Assembly (NCBI GenBank): GCA_013265495.1
Contig: MU058423.1
Location: 1,315,061-1,379,060 of the forward strand
DNA length: 64,000 bases
Direction: 5' to 3'
From: Vicugna vicugna
Taxonomy: Eukaryota
Shown: piece after piece, positions 1 to 11,586 of the stretch
How the letters are laid out: every line of letters begins with the position of its first letter
Numbering within the stretch: the first letter of the stretch is position 1
The notes under the pieces: generated by a model
Database searches by the model: none
What the model saw: the letters and a program-made list of their open reading frames with translations, nothing else
Told to the model about the DNA's origin: nothing
Position numbers and translations under genes: made by a program

Positions 1-43
1 CTCTTTGGCTTGTAGATGCCCCTGTGGCTTCACAAGATCTTCC

Positions 44-82
<39 letters not shown>

Positions 83-258
83 TGTATCTTAATCTCCTCT
101 TCTTGAAGAAGCACCAACCATATAGGATTATAATTCACCCCACTGGCCTCCTTTTACCTCAGTTACCTCTGTAAAGGCCCTGACTCCAAATACAGTCTGA
201 GGTGCTGGTTAGCACCTGAACATATGAATTTGGGGGGACACAATTCACCTCATAAACA
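1..258 (-). mobile_element. MaLR (MLT1-type) LTR fragment with internal (TG)n
   Basis: Motifs 'ggcttgtagatgcc', 'ctccaaatacagtc..gaggt' and 'catatgaatttggggggacacaattca' resemble the reverse strand of MLT1 LTRs (recalled consensus). Confidence 0.75.
47..81. repeat. (TG)n microsatellite
   Basis: Perfect TG run seen directly. Confidence 0.97.
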
Positions 259-269
259 CCTTCTATTGG

Positions 270-1900
270 TTTTTATTTGGGAAAAGCCCTACAGATATTC
301 AGAGGAAATTCTGCTAAATGGGGGATATTCTCAATTCTATTTTTTTTGTTAAAATGTTCAAATATTTTAACTGAAATATTACAGATACTATCATTTTGCT
401 TCCATCCAGAGAAGGTTTCTTCAACAAATACCTTTATGACTCCTTTGAATGTTTCTCCAAATTTAGATGCTACAACATTATAGGCCTTTTCAGAGTTTTT
501 CTACACTACTATATCAATAAATGTATCCTACTGAAAATTGTAGCTAAAATAATAGTAGCTCTATAAATATATTTTCCAACAAATTAATATTTCAGAATGC
601 AATTTTAAAATTCAAAATTGTGTCGTTATATAGCATTTGAGCACTTCTCAATTAATTTGTTTAATGCCTCCTTCAGAGTCTTCCTATTTGCATAAATTTG
701 TAAATAATATTAACTTATTAAAATATCAAAAGTTACAGTGTTTTAGAGCTTCTTTTTCAATACTTTGATGAAATATATATAAATGACTTGGAAGAAAATG
801 CAACCAAAACTTAGAAGACGTGTATAATTTTTTTATAAGTTCAATACCTTTGTGAAACACTTTGGATTAATTAGGGAGTAATTTTTCAATGGTCCAAACA
901 TTTCTAAAATCCAATAGACAATAGGCAGCTAAGAGAGAAAGCTTCTGCTACCACAGTGATGTTTATTTCTTGTGCTCAGCACCAGCGTTAACCTAAAAAA
1001 AGATATCGGTCAGTTCCTCTATATAAAATATTTGAAAATTTTACAATTTTATTTTGAATGACAGAATGTCAGTTTTTTTGGACACATTAATAAGTGACTT
1101 GTGATCTACAACCAGTTCCTAGGACATCTCTGCTCTGTAGGTTTTTTAATTTACAAAGAATATTGTTTTTGCATAATGTATTCCATCAATATTTCAATTT
1201 ATCACCACAAATATTATGACCACAAAAAATAATTAATTTTCAATGCAGAACTTTTTAACTGAATTTACAGTAGCATTTACAATAACATTAGATGTTTCAT
1301 CTTTGACAAAACGAACCGCCAAGAAAGCTTTACTTTGATTTCATGAGCTGGGGTGAAAAAAATTCAGCCATTTTTAGAATTAACTTATCTGATTTTTTAT
1401 TTGAAGCATGTGATGACATCAATATAAATTTGGTATTACTTAAAATCTGTGAATGTATTCTGCAAATAGAGCCTCACTTTTGTACATGTGTACACACACA
1501 TACACACAGAATAGAAAAAAAGAAGTGAATTTGGCCCACCTGTCATTATATCTACCTAAATGAAAATGTATGCTTCACCAAGTGATATAAAAAACCCCTT
1601 TGGCAACTACCTTTGTTAAATCATCATATTTAGGTAAAATCCTCTTCATATAATTAGTACTTTAGAAATAGACGCTGATGCTTGCTCAGCAGATTTATCT
1701 TCTGGTTTTCATGCAATACCAAACAGCCCCATGGTGAACAGGAAATGTTGACTAACATCTTATGCAAGTTATAGATTCATCTCAATCTTGGAAAATTCAG
1801 TACTTAATTTTTCATTACACAGTCCCTTCACCTTTTTTTTTTTAGCTCAGTGCTGTCAAAAGCATTTACTTGCAAAGTAAAAAAGTGTCGTCCAACAATA
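270..1900 (-). mobile_element. Ancient hAT-superfamily (Blackjack-like) DNA transposon, decayed transposase
   Basis: AT-rich. Minus-strand frames with frameshifts give 'GTGCRS..CVQK..DIL' and 'FLSLLPIV..ILEMFGPLKNY..PKC...SSKFWLHFLPSHLYIFHQSIEK', resembling the hAT CxxH region and the R(W/F)LSLLPA..RILEMFEPLKxYF block. Boundaries are approximate. Confidence 0.55.
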
Positions 1901-3499
1901 ACATAAATGAATGGTTGTAGATTTAGGCCCCACAGTCAATGACAAACTCTGTAGCAAGAGCATTCAGACTACTCTCTACAGGTTCAGTGGTCGGATTGCT
2001 TGGTTTGTCTGCCCCTGTTCATATTCCACATACTCCTAACCTGTATTTTCCCACATTCCCCACTGATCCCACCACCGGTGGCCTGATGACTTTGTGCATC
2101 TCACAGGCCATGGTTCAGGCCACAGCAAGGGTGGCCGGTATACCAAGGAGCAGCAGTATCCGAACTTCCCCCACCAGCCCTGCAGACCAGAGGAGATAGC
2201 TGTCCACTTCCATCCCAGCACACATCAGTGTATCAGTGAGCACCTGCAAGTGTCATTGCAAGAGGCTGTAATTTAAGCTTTGTCAGAGAAGAGCCAGGAA
2301 AAGAGAGATGGGTTATCACTAGCGAATGTTTAGATTTACCCATGTATCAAAGTAAGAATACTGTGTACAGACCATGCTTGTGGAAGTAGTATAAAGTGGA
2401 GGTGTATCAAATGCATTCCAGAGAACGTTGATTCAACTAGTAAAAAATAAAACAAAACCTTAATAAAATTTTAAAACCAGTAAAACTGCTAAATGAATGG
2501 GAGGCTGGAACAACAGTTAACCGCCAGGACTATCCCAGACAAACAGCCTTGCTCCTATTCCAGCTGATGAGATGGGAGGAGGGAAATTAACTTCCAGGGG
2601 TTCTGCTTTTTATTTATGCCTGTTTTATCAAGAGAGCACAATCCACAGGCCCATCCCTGCCTGAACCCCCCCATGAGCTGGTTGGCGTGGAAGCAGTTCC
2701 TTGCCTGGTGAGCTGCACTCTTCCTCCGCGACGTCAGCTTGGTAAGTGGTTAGAGAAAGAGCAGGGACAGTGCTGTCCTGGAGATGGCAGGACCGAGACC
2801 TCCCACCCTCGATGCAGTGTGCCTTTTCTTTCCATTTTCTTGGTGCCTTCCCTAAGGGAATTGAAAGGTACATTTGGCTGTGGTGTGATAATAAAGATGA
2901 CAATGTCCTAATTTTTTTAAGTGAGCCACTTGTGAAATCAGTGCAGATGGTCTTGTTCCCAGCCTTGTAAGCGTGGAAGTGGAGTGTGTAGATCATCCTG
3001 CAGGTGGCCGTCATGCTCTGTCCTCAAACCACAAGTACTGCTTGCTTGGGTTGTTTAGCCCTGGAGCTGGGAGGTGAGTAAACCTGGTGAAGGAAGCATT
3101 CTTGAAGAGGTGATGCAGTGAATTACATGTCTGAATCCAGCCACTTTTCTAGGTCCTTCTGCAAGATACTTTGGAGACGTATTTGTAAGAATAAGAATTT
3201 GAGGTCTCTTGCCCCCTAAAGCCTCCTATTTCCTCTCCCCTCCTGCCTCAGGAGGGGCCCAGAGTACCAGAGATGCTCAGAGAGTTCCCAGCCACTGCCC
3301 CTCCTCTCTCCCAGCCCCAACCGCTGGAGACCTCTGGGGAACAGAAAGGTGGAGCTTCTCTTTTCCATGCAGGGGAGTATCACGCAGGTTTATAAATCAA
3401 TAAATCAAAATAGACAACTTGACATTCTGAGGCAGAACTTCCATTCAATCATCTTTCTGTCCTACAGTCCCCAGTGGACCCAACAAGAGGATGGATGGC

Positions 3500-3714
3500 T
3501 TAAGCCCAGTTACAGCAAGAGCAGCTGGGGTCAAAGACCAGGCCCATCTGGCAAGCCTCCTGGGGGGTGTGCCCATCTACGCAGCTGCAGGAAGTACTCT
3601 TGCTGGTGGAGCTGGCATAGAGACCGTCGGACTTTCCGGCACAGAATCCACTGGGAGCTTCAGTGACGATGGGGGCCATGCTGGTACCCAGGGAAGAGGT
3701 GGGCGCTCTGCAAC
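3500..3714 (-). pseudogene. Orphan terminal exon of a CHIA-like acidic chitinase (linker plus CBM14 chitin-binding domain)
   Basis: Acceptor ttcttgttctcttcag|GT TGC is phase 1, like the CHIA last exon. Translation: CRAPTSSLGTSMAPIVTEAPSGFCAGKSDGLYASSTSKSTSCSCVDGHTPQEACQMGLVFDPSCSCCNWA*. It matches the CHIA C-terminal pattern SGFC..GLY..CV.G...C..GLVFD.SC.CCNWA*. No catalytic-domain exons of its own were found upstream. Confidence 0.88.
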
Positions 3715-6319
3715 CTGAAGAGAACAAGAAAAGGTCCCCTTAGGTTCTGGAGCGGACTCCTTTCTCAGGAGAAGTGTTGTGTCTGTAGTATCACTGGGGG
3801 TTCCTCTCAGCCAAGGGGTCATCTTATCTGAACCACTGGTTAAAAGCTCTGGGCCTGAATCAGAGCTACCCAAGTTCACAGCCCAGCTCTACCATGAGCG
3901 AGGTGACCATGAACAAGTCATTAACTTCTCTGAGCCTCCAGGTCCTTGTAGCAATCGATGTTGCGTAGTGGCTAGACGTTTGTGAGGTTTCGCCAAGTCT
4001 GGAGTGAGAAAGCATCACTCTGCAAGGTTGCTTTTGTTTAACTGAAGGTTGCCCGGTTGACAGAGGGTGGAAGAAATTCACAGAGGGTGAGAAGGGGTAG
4101 ATATTTCTAATTAGGCTTTGATTCAGAAGGGAGAAGCAGCGAGGCCCGGGGAGTCATACAAATCAGAGAGAAGACTGCTGCAAAAATGCCTATGGATAGA
4201 GGCTCTGAGCATCACGACTCTTTAGGACCTGCCTCCCCGCACTCTGCTCCACTCCTAGCCTAACCACCCAGACAGAATGTAATGGAAGTCCACCATGAGG
4301 CTGCGTCACAGGTGTCCAGACCACGTCTCAGGGTCACTCAGCTGCAGAAGGCAATGAGAGGAGCAAAGGTGTGGCTCACTCTCCTCCACGGCGGGCCTGG
4401 TTTTACCTTTGGCATTGACACCAGCCTCCCGGTCTGACTGAAATCCCAGTTGGGACGGGTGGCACTGCTGGTCACCCTGCCGGCACACGGCCCAGGGAAG
4501 CATGGTGACACCTCCTGCCTAGAGATCGACCGGGTGAGTGTTCAAGGTCTTCTGAAAGATGCTGATCAGATCCTTGGGAACTCTGAGTCCAGATGCATTT
4601 AAGGGCAATCTGGGTTCACTGAGAACACAGGAGTGGGGCCTACAGACTTCAATTCAAGTATGGCGGGCTGATGATGGCACACCTGGGGCTGTTATCCGCA
4701 GTCTCCTGGACCCTTCCCAGGCCTTTGACTCAGTTGGCCTCTGTCTGAACCCTAGTCATTGACTGCTGAGAACTTGAGGCGTAGACTAACTGGAATTGGA
4801 CCTGTCTTGAAAGTAATGTAGCTACCAGCTATTCAGCCCTTGCCATGTGCCGGGTGATTAAATCACTTAATCCTCAAAATAACCTTTGAGACAGATGCTG
4901 TTACTGTCATGTATTTTACAGGCCGGGGAAACTGAGACTTAAGGGACTTAGATAAAATACCTCAGAAGCAGAGCTGAGATCCAAGCAGAGACAGCCTGCC
5001 TCTGGGACCTGGGTTCTTCTGCTCTACTGACCCTCACCCCACCCCCACCCCCATCAACGCTCACATAGGATCCTTCTTTGGCAGAACCTTGAAGCATCTC
5101 CTTAAGGGGTTTGCCTGGCGTTGGGGTGAAGGAAAGGCTGACGAGCGTTCTTCTCCAATCCCAGCTAAACTGGAGGCCCTATGCTCCTTAATTTTTTCCT
5201 GGATGTTGGCAAAGCCAATGGTTCTCTCCTCACAGCAGGTTTGAGAGAGGAATCCATAGAGTTCAGGGCTTGGAGCGCAACACACAGAACTCAGATGAAC
5301 TCCTGGGCTCTGTGCAAGGCCAGGTTAATGTGTTGCGCAGCTGTCCGTGATAATCAAAGTACCAACAAACACAAATAATGGTTTTGATGTGTCACACACT
5401 AACCTGAATGCTTTGCAAGTATTGACTTGCCCCTCATATCTCTGGCAGTAGGCACTCTTACTAAGCCCATTTTTACAGAGAAAACTGGGGCACAGAGAAG
5501 GTAAATAAGTTGGTCAAAGTCACACAGCCAGTAAGTTAGTGACAAAGCCAGGCTGTGAGCCCAGGCATTCTGACTCCACAGTGGGCTCTTCATTACTCCA
5601 CTCCTCTGCTTCTCAAGAATGCAAAAGCCAGAGGAAGCAAAGGACACTGACCCAGAGGGAAAAAACCAGAGAGGTGCCCCAAGCCATGTCTACCTTATAG
5701 TGGGAAGAGCTGAGCTCTGGGGCAGCAGTAGCGGGCCTTGGGAACTAAGTCCCCCTAGACTCCAGCAGTGCTTGCTACCGCCGTTCCCTCCCATGGACAG
5801 CTGATGTTTTCTCAGTGGTAAGGGAGTATTCAGAGCAGCTTTGAAATAAATCCCCATCATCCCACACCCACTGTCCTCCGGATCACGTAGCCATCTCGAA
5901 GCCCCTCCTCTGCAGAGATCCTGGTGCTGCCACCACTTAGATATATGACCTTACGTTCCCCGAGCCACAGTCAGCTCATCTGCAAATTGGGCTTATATGC
6001 CTCCTTCAGAAGCCATGAGGATTAACTATGCAAACAAAAGTATTATTCAAACCTAGCCTTTGAGGTTATTGTGAAATCATATTTGTTAAAAGTATAAATC
6101 ATCTTGGGGAGTGATATTTACTGTATGGAAATTATACCACAACAAAAAGCTGTTTTTTAAAAAGAGTATAAATCAGATTTTAATGCTTGGCTCTTTTACA
6201 TATTTAGAAATATGATATGCAGGCCTCCATTTGTACCCAAGCCCCGGGCCCCACAAATGGTGGGACAGGACTGCCTTATACCACAGGGTCAAAGATTGCA
6301 CGAATGAGGCCACACTGGC

Positions 6320-6540
6320 TAGAACAAAATGCTTTTTTTTAATCATGCCCCAGGACAACAAGTCAGCAGTGGGAGGAGAACAAAGTGAGGCCCGGCCCGA
6401 GGCCTGAGAGAAAGCCAAGGGGCGGCTTGGGAGGAGACACATCCGGAGGGCCTCTTCTAACCGCTGGGAATCTCACACGAGCACCCCCGCAGAGGCAGCA
6501 GCCTGCAAGGTCACCTTGTCTGCTCAGCTGTAACTTAAGC
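6320..6540 (-). pseudogene. CHI3L2: CHI3L2 non-coding last exon (3' UTR) remnant
   Basis: ccag|GCTTAAGTTACAG..CAAGGTGACCTTGC...GCTGACTTGTTGTCCTG..ATTAAAAAAAAGCATTTTG resembles the human CHI3L2 3' UTR as recalled. ATTAAA poly(A) signal at 6338-6343. Confidence 0.65.
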
Positions 6541-7368
6541 CTGGATATAAAAGACTATTTCAAAGCCCAAGTTAGTAACCTGAGGCCTGAATCAAGTTAG
6601 GAAACCATAGATGTCCACAGCTGGAAGGCTGCTGCCCATTCACCTAGGAGATTTCAAATTGTTCTGGGCCCTTCTCCAGGACGGCGTGGCCCATCCTCTC
6701 CAGTGATCCCATCCACTGCCCATCCACTGCCTGCAGTGATCCCCAGTCTCCTGCTCCTCCACCACAAAGGATGTCAGCACGGCTGGTTGGTCAGCGACGG
6801 CTCTCACCTGCACTGAGGGTATACATACGGTTCACCTCGGGAACCTGGGACCCAGCGGTGGAGCAGCAGCCAAACCACCTGCCGTTATGGCAACAGGTAA
6901 GCTTGGTCATCGGGAACGACCAGGAGACCTCCTGAATGTCTAGACTAAGAGTAAGATCACCTGTGGATGGGGGGAGGGAGAGAACATTAACAATGACTGA
7001 GACTGGCTTGCTCTTCAGTGGGTCAGGGGCATAGAGTCGGACTTGTTCTGATTTAGAAAACTAAGCATGCTGATGCTTTTGCAATGAGGAATTTGAGTGG
7101 AGTCGATATTTACTCTACATGACAAGAAAGTCTTCGGCTCAGATTGTACTCAGTAAATGGTAGCCAAATTATCACCTGTACTGTTTCAAAAGTCTGTGGG
7201 AAGCCCATCAGAAGGATGCAACCAGCCTAAGTGCTAAGGAAACAAGGCAGAAAGTCCGAAGGAACATAAGAATGGATCGATCAAATATGAAGATGCTCTC
7301 CCCCAGTCTCCTGTGTCCTGTTCTGCCCGGCTCTCTGCCCACTCCCAGCCTGCCCTGGTCTGTTACAT

Positions 7369-7506
7369 TCACAGGGAGCCAAGGCTTCTCTTGACACCTT
7401 GAATAAGGGTGTAAGGGCCCTGGTTGCAGAATTCGTCAGTGAAGTCATCTATGTCAATAGACCACATCATGGCCCCTCCCCAGTTTAGATCCTTTAGGCA
7501 TTGAAC
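7369..7506 (-). pseudogene. CHI3L2: CHI3L2 exon 10 remnant (last coding exon)
   Basis: cag|VQCLKDLNWGGAMMWSIDIDDFTDEFCNQGPYTLIQGVKRSLGSL*. The ending KRSLGSL* is the CHI3L2 C-terminus. Confidence 0.92.
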
Positions 7507-8270
7507 CTGACAGAGGAACAGAAGGGCATATAGAGGTTAGAAGAGGACCTTAGAGGGCTATGACTGAAGTTCAGTTCAGATGAAGATCTGAGCTTAGAAG
7601 TAGACTTATGGCTTATGGAGTTAGGGACTCCCTGAAGGGAACGGTTGCTCAGGGAGGCTTATAAGATGAAGAGAGGTCCAGCCACTATTAACCACGTCTC
7701 ATGGAGGAACTATACTGCAGGACCAGTGTTCTTGGAGGCTCTGAAACACTGGAGGCTCCAGGATGAGCAGTAAAAACTAGGAAGCCACTAGCAAGCTTTA
7801 AATTATAATTAGGTTGTCAGTTACACTGATGCCTTTGTCACACTCTAAGCCTAAAAGGCAAACAAACATCTTAGCAAGGTCTAAAGACTTATAGGCTGAG
7901 AAATCTGGAGGCTCCTAGAAAGGCAGTCCTTGAGGAGGAATGAAGGAAGGGTTTGCCCTGAGATGATCAATGAGGCAGGTAACTATATGGACTCCAGTGT
8001 CTCCTTTGTTCCCTCTCTCTCGTCCTCATTCCTACCTTCTCTCCATTCCTCACTTCTCCCCTTAGTCTTAATTCCTTCTTGCATCCTTTCCACCTTTCCT
8101 GCCTGTACCATAGGTGATACTAGACTTGGGCCAACAAAGGTCAATGGATCCCATCATAGAATGGAGCCCCCAAGGCTTCTCTCCCTCCACACAGGGTATT
8201 GAGGCATTTGACGAACACCCCATTCTTCACCCAAATGAGTGCTCTGCCCCAGAGCCTCTTGCCTACTCAC

Positions 8271-8387
8271 CTTGGTCTCCCCACTCTCCACATCATCATA
8301 GCCCACCCACTGGTTCCCCTTGACTGCACAGGGGACCTGCTAATCCTGGGGCCTCGTGATCTTGGCTCCTTGCAGGAACTGGCAGAT
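8271..8387 (-). pseudogene. CHI3L2: CHI3L2 exon 9 remnant with premature stop
   Basis: [38 protein letters not shown]|gtgagt. TAG at 8340-8342. The acceptor reads AA instead of AG at 8388-8389. Confidence 0.92.
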
Positions 8388-10059
8388 TTGGCAGGGGGAA
8401 GAAGAGCAAGAGAGTCAGTAATGAGCTCTTCTTAAAATGTATTGAGATCGAAAGGGCAAGTAAGCCCACGAGGGTCTTGCAGACAGTATCAGAATCTTTA
8501 CTCCAGGAATCAGTGAGAGAAAAGATATACGGATGACATGCAGATACAACATACGGAAGGATGGCCCAAGGTGAGCCCTTGGGAATTGTTGGTACTAAGG
8601 CCTCATCAGGAGGAGCCACAAAGAGCTAGAGGTCAGACAGTACTTGAGTTCCACATCAGAATTCTGCACTGACCAGTAAATCTCTCAGTTTCTTCATTTG
8701 CAAAATGGAAATAACTATAATAATGTCTCCTATATACTTCCCTTACAATACTGTTGTTAGGACCAAATGAACTAATACGTGTTAAGGGGGAAAAAACAGC
8801 CTTGAGAAGAGTGAAGTGCTTTACAAGAATGTGGCATTATAATGACCATCATCATCATTTCCCGCCTGTAGACCATCTCCACTTCAATCCCACTGCTCTC
8901 CCTCTGCCCTTTCCCATTCCCAGTGTGCCTGTCTTGGGATCCCCGTTTCTATCATCAGCTATTTTCTCTTTCTGTTAGCATAGTAAGAGCTACTAAAAAA
9001 AGATAAATCTTCAGTGGGGGAAAAATGCTTTTGAAGGTCTTACAGAAAATTCATTCTGGATTGCTTACTCTTTTTAGATTAGTTCCACTCATTCTTGCCT
9101 CAATGAGGGTTGAAAATTGGAAGTTGAATATTGAAGCAAATATCAATTGTTAAAGTTAGAATGATCTCGGGTGATAAAGTGAACAATTAAATTAAATTTT
9201 CTATGAGATAGGGGACTGTGTATCCAGTGGTCCATACTAAAATCCTACCAGCAGATTCTGAGCAGTGATGTTTCTTATCTCTTATGTTAAAAGGGTTGTT
9301 GCTATCAACATAGAGCAACCTAGGTCAGCTTCTCTCCCTCCCTTCAAAGTCAGGCACCCTGAGATTCAGTGAGGACTCTCACATGGTGACCCATGCTCCT
9401 TTCCCTTTGCCAACTGAACTGATGGTGTCTCAAACATTCCCCTGTGTGATATGAGAGAAAAAATTGAATACTACACTCACTGAGCACCTCAGTGGATGCC
9501 AAGTCCCTCAGCACAGGTTCATGGCATGACCACGCCAGTGATAGGAGGCCAGACTAGGACTCCTAGGGGAAACCAAGGTGTAGAATATCATTCTTTCCTT
9601 ACCTAATCAAACTCCTACCCATCCTTCAAGGTCCAGCGTGTATGTCTCCTCTTCTATGGAGCCTTCCTCAGTCACCCATCTCTGAACTCATGGCCCTCCA
9701 CATTGGCCACTCATTGGCCACTTACTCACATCTTGTTTCTCAGTACTGAGATAATTTGATCAACTATTATAGTTATGCTCTTTTAAACTCTTCTTTAATT
9801 ACTTATATTTGTATTCTACATTTTTTCACCTTGGCAGCAAGCTTTTTGGGACAAGGATGAATAATTACTTATTTCTAGATCCCACAGTACATAATCTTTG
9901 AGATATGGGAGTGTCCCAAGAGTTTCTGTTGGTTGAATTATAGCTTGATTCTTAGTGTTTCCTATGCTTAAAAAAATTTTTTTTCCAGACTGAAGGGCAG
10001 AAGGAAATGATGGTCTAAAATTAGCTGAACGCCTTTGATCATTATCTCTGAGACGCTAA

Positions 10060-10645
10060 GTCTATCTGACTTCTGGGCAGAATATGACACATTTGATCAC
10101 TCCTTTCTTCTCGAAACACCCACTTCTCTGGCACAGAACTGTATGGGCTCCTCCTACCCCCTTGTTGATCTTGTCAGTTTCTTAATGGGCTCTGTTTCCT
10201 CTGCCTGTCCCTTAGGTGCAGAAGGTCCTCAGGTTTTGTCTCTCCTCACATGTGCTTTGGCTTCAAATACCACCTTCATGCTGATGATTTTAGGATCTAC
10301 ATCTCTAGCACAGACTGGCCTCCTGTGATCCAAACCCATTCACCTAACAGCTCACTTTTTATCTACATGTCTCACAGGCGTTTGGATTTCCCACTTACTC
10401 CTCAAACTCAGAACATCCAAAACTGATCTCATGATTGGGACCAATGGCCATTTCTGCTGCTTCACTTGTCTTCCCCAACTCAGTAAAAATGCCATAGCCA
10501 TCCACTTACTTGCCCAAGTTAAAAAACTGGGGTAGTCTCCCTTTTTCAATCTCCCATCCCCATTTCTCACTAGTTCCATCTCCTCTTCAGATTTCAGCTA
10601 ATGTCACTTCCTCCAGGAAGCATTTCCTGACCCCCTCTCCCAATT
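10060..10645 (+). mobile_element. L2 LINE fragment
   Basis: 'gacacatttgatcactcctttcttctcgaaacac', 'ctcaaactcagaacatccaaaactgatctc' and 'aatgtcacttcctccaggaagcatttcctgacc' are typical L2 3'-region motifs. Confidence 0.7.
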
Positions 10646-10661
10646 CAGAGTGAGGATCTCC

Positions 10662-10786
10662 TTCACCAATTTCTTGATCTGATAGCTGTTATCAATCATC
10701 TGCCTCCCTGCAGAAACTCCTGCAGTCAAGAGAAGCCTTTCTATGGTGGATTTTACAAAATCCTGCTGAAAGGCTTCTGCTAACTC
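10662..10786 (-). pseudogene. CHI3L2: CHI3L2 exon 6 remnant
   Basis: aag|ELAEAFQQDFVKSTIERLLLTAGVSAGRQMIDNSYQIKKLVK. No GT donor at the expected position; the sequence runs into L2 DNA. Confidence 0.92.
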
Positions 10787-11268
10787 CTTTGAAAAACAAA
10801 ACAAAAGAAAAAACACAAGAGGTCAGTTCCCCTCCCAGAGTACAGTGATAAGGTTCTTGCCAGATATGAAGTTTCTAGAACAACATTAGATGGAAAGATC
10901 CTGCCTTGTGCTCAGGAAATTGATTAGGCAGGACCACCAGTCTCATGGTACCCAGGAAAAACTATCTGGGTTTCCTCCTAACAGATTTTCTGATCTATCT
11001 GATAGGACATCTATGAGGCTATTATAGTAATCAGAAGATTCTAGAGCCCCATACTCATTTTTCATGGGCAATTGCTTTGTTCTGGTGTTGTTTATTTATT
11101 GTGGATGGAGGCTCTGTTCTTTGATGGCCTTGCCCTAAACTAGAACCGAGGGTTTTTCCTCCATCAGTGGGGGCTTCCAACCAGAACCAATCTCTTCCTT
11201 TTTCTTTCCTGGTGTGGCCATGGGTTCTGCTTGTTAAGGTACTGAGGGTACCATGGAGTTTGTCTTAC

Positions 11269-11412
11269 ATGAATCAGCACAGTGAAATGAGTGTCGTCTT
11301 TCAGATCTGGGTAGATCCAGCTTATATGAAGCCGATTAAAGTCATGGTTCCTCAGAAAGAGGATGACAGAGTTGATAAATTCCAAGTGTGACGTAGAATT
11401 GACCATGGGATA
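11269..11412 (-). pseudogene. CHI3L2: CHI3L2 exon 5 remnant
   Basis: YPMVNSTSHLEFINSVILFLRNHDFNRLHISWIYPDLKDDTHFTVLIH|gtaaga. The SWIYP motif lacks the catalytic Glu, as in the YKL-39 chi-lectin. The 5' end is preceded by purine-rich sequence with no polypyrimidine tract. Confidence 0.92.
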
Positions 11413-11586
11413 CTTGGCTTTTCCTTTAGGTGCAAAGAATCCAGAGGCCTTGTAATTTCCACATTTTCTTTAAGGATCACTTAACCTAACCACTTTCGTG
11501 ATTAGGAAGAAAACACAACGAATGTCACTTTAAGTGTTTGGATGTGCCCTGGAACATTAGAGAAGAACCGGGGCTTGGTCCTGTTT

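Larger units (their letters stand above)
6320..11412 (-). pseudogene. CHI3L2: CHI3L2 (YKL-39, chitinase-3-like 2) pseudogene, fragmented
   Basis: Four coding-exon remnants and the 3'-UTR exon lie in correct order. There is an in-frame TAG, a mutated acceptor and a missing donor. Exons 1-4, 7 and 8 were not found. Position is syntenic next to DENND2D. Confidence 0.9.

Noticed and set aside
1939..2276. Overlapping short ORFs in a GC-richer patch
   Set aside because: No recognisable protein family or exon structure in any frame, so I could not support a call.
2628..3014. 128-aa minus-strand ORF downstream of the CBM14 exon
   Set aside because: No chitinase or other recognisable similarity; likely a chance ORF.
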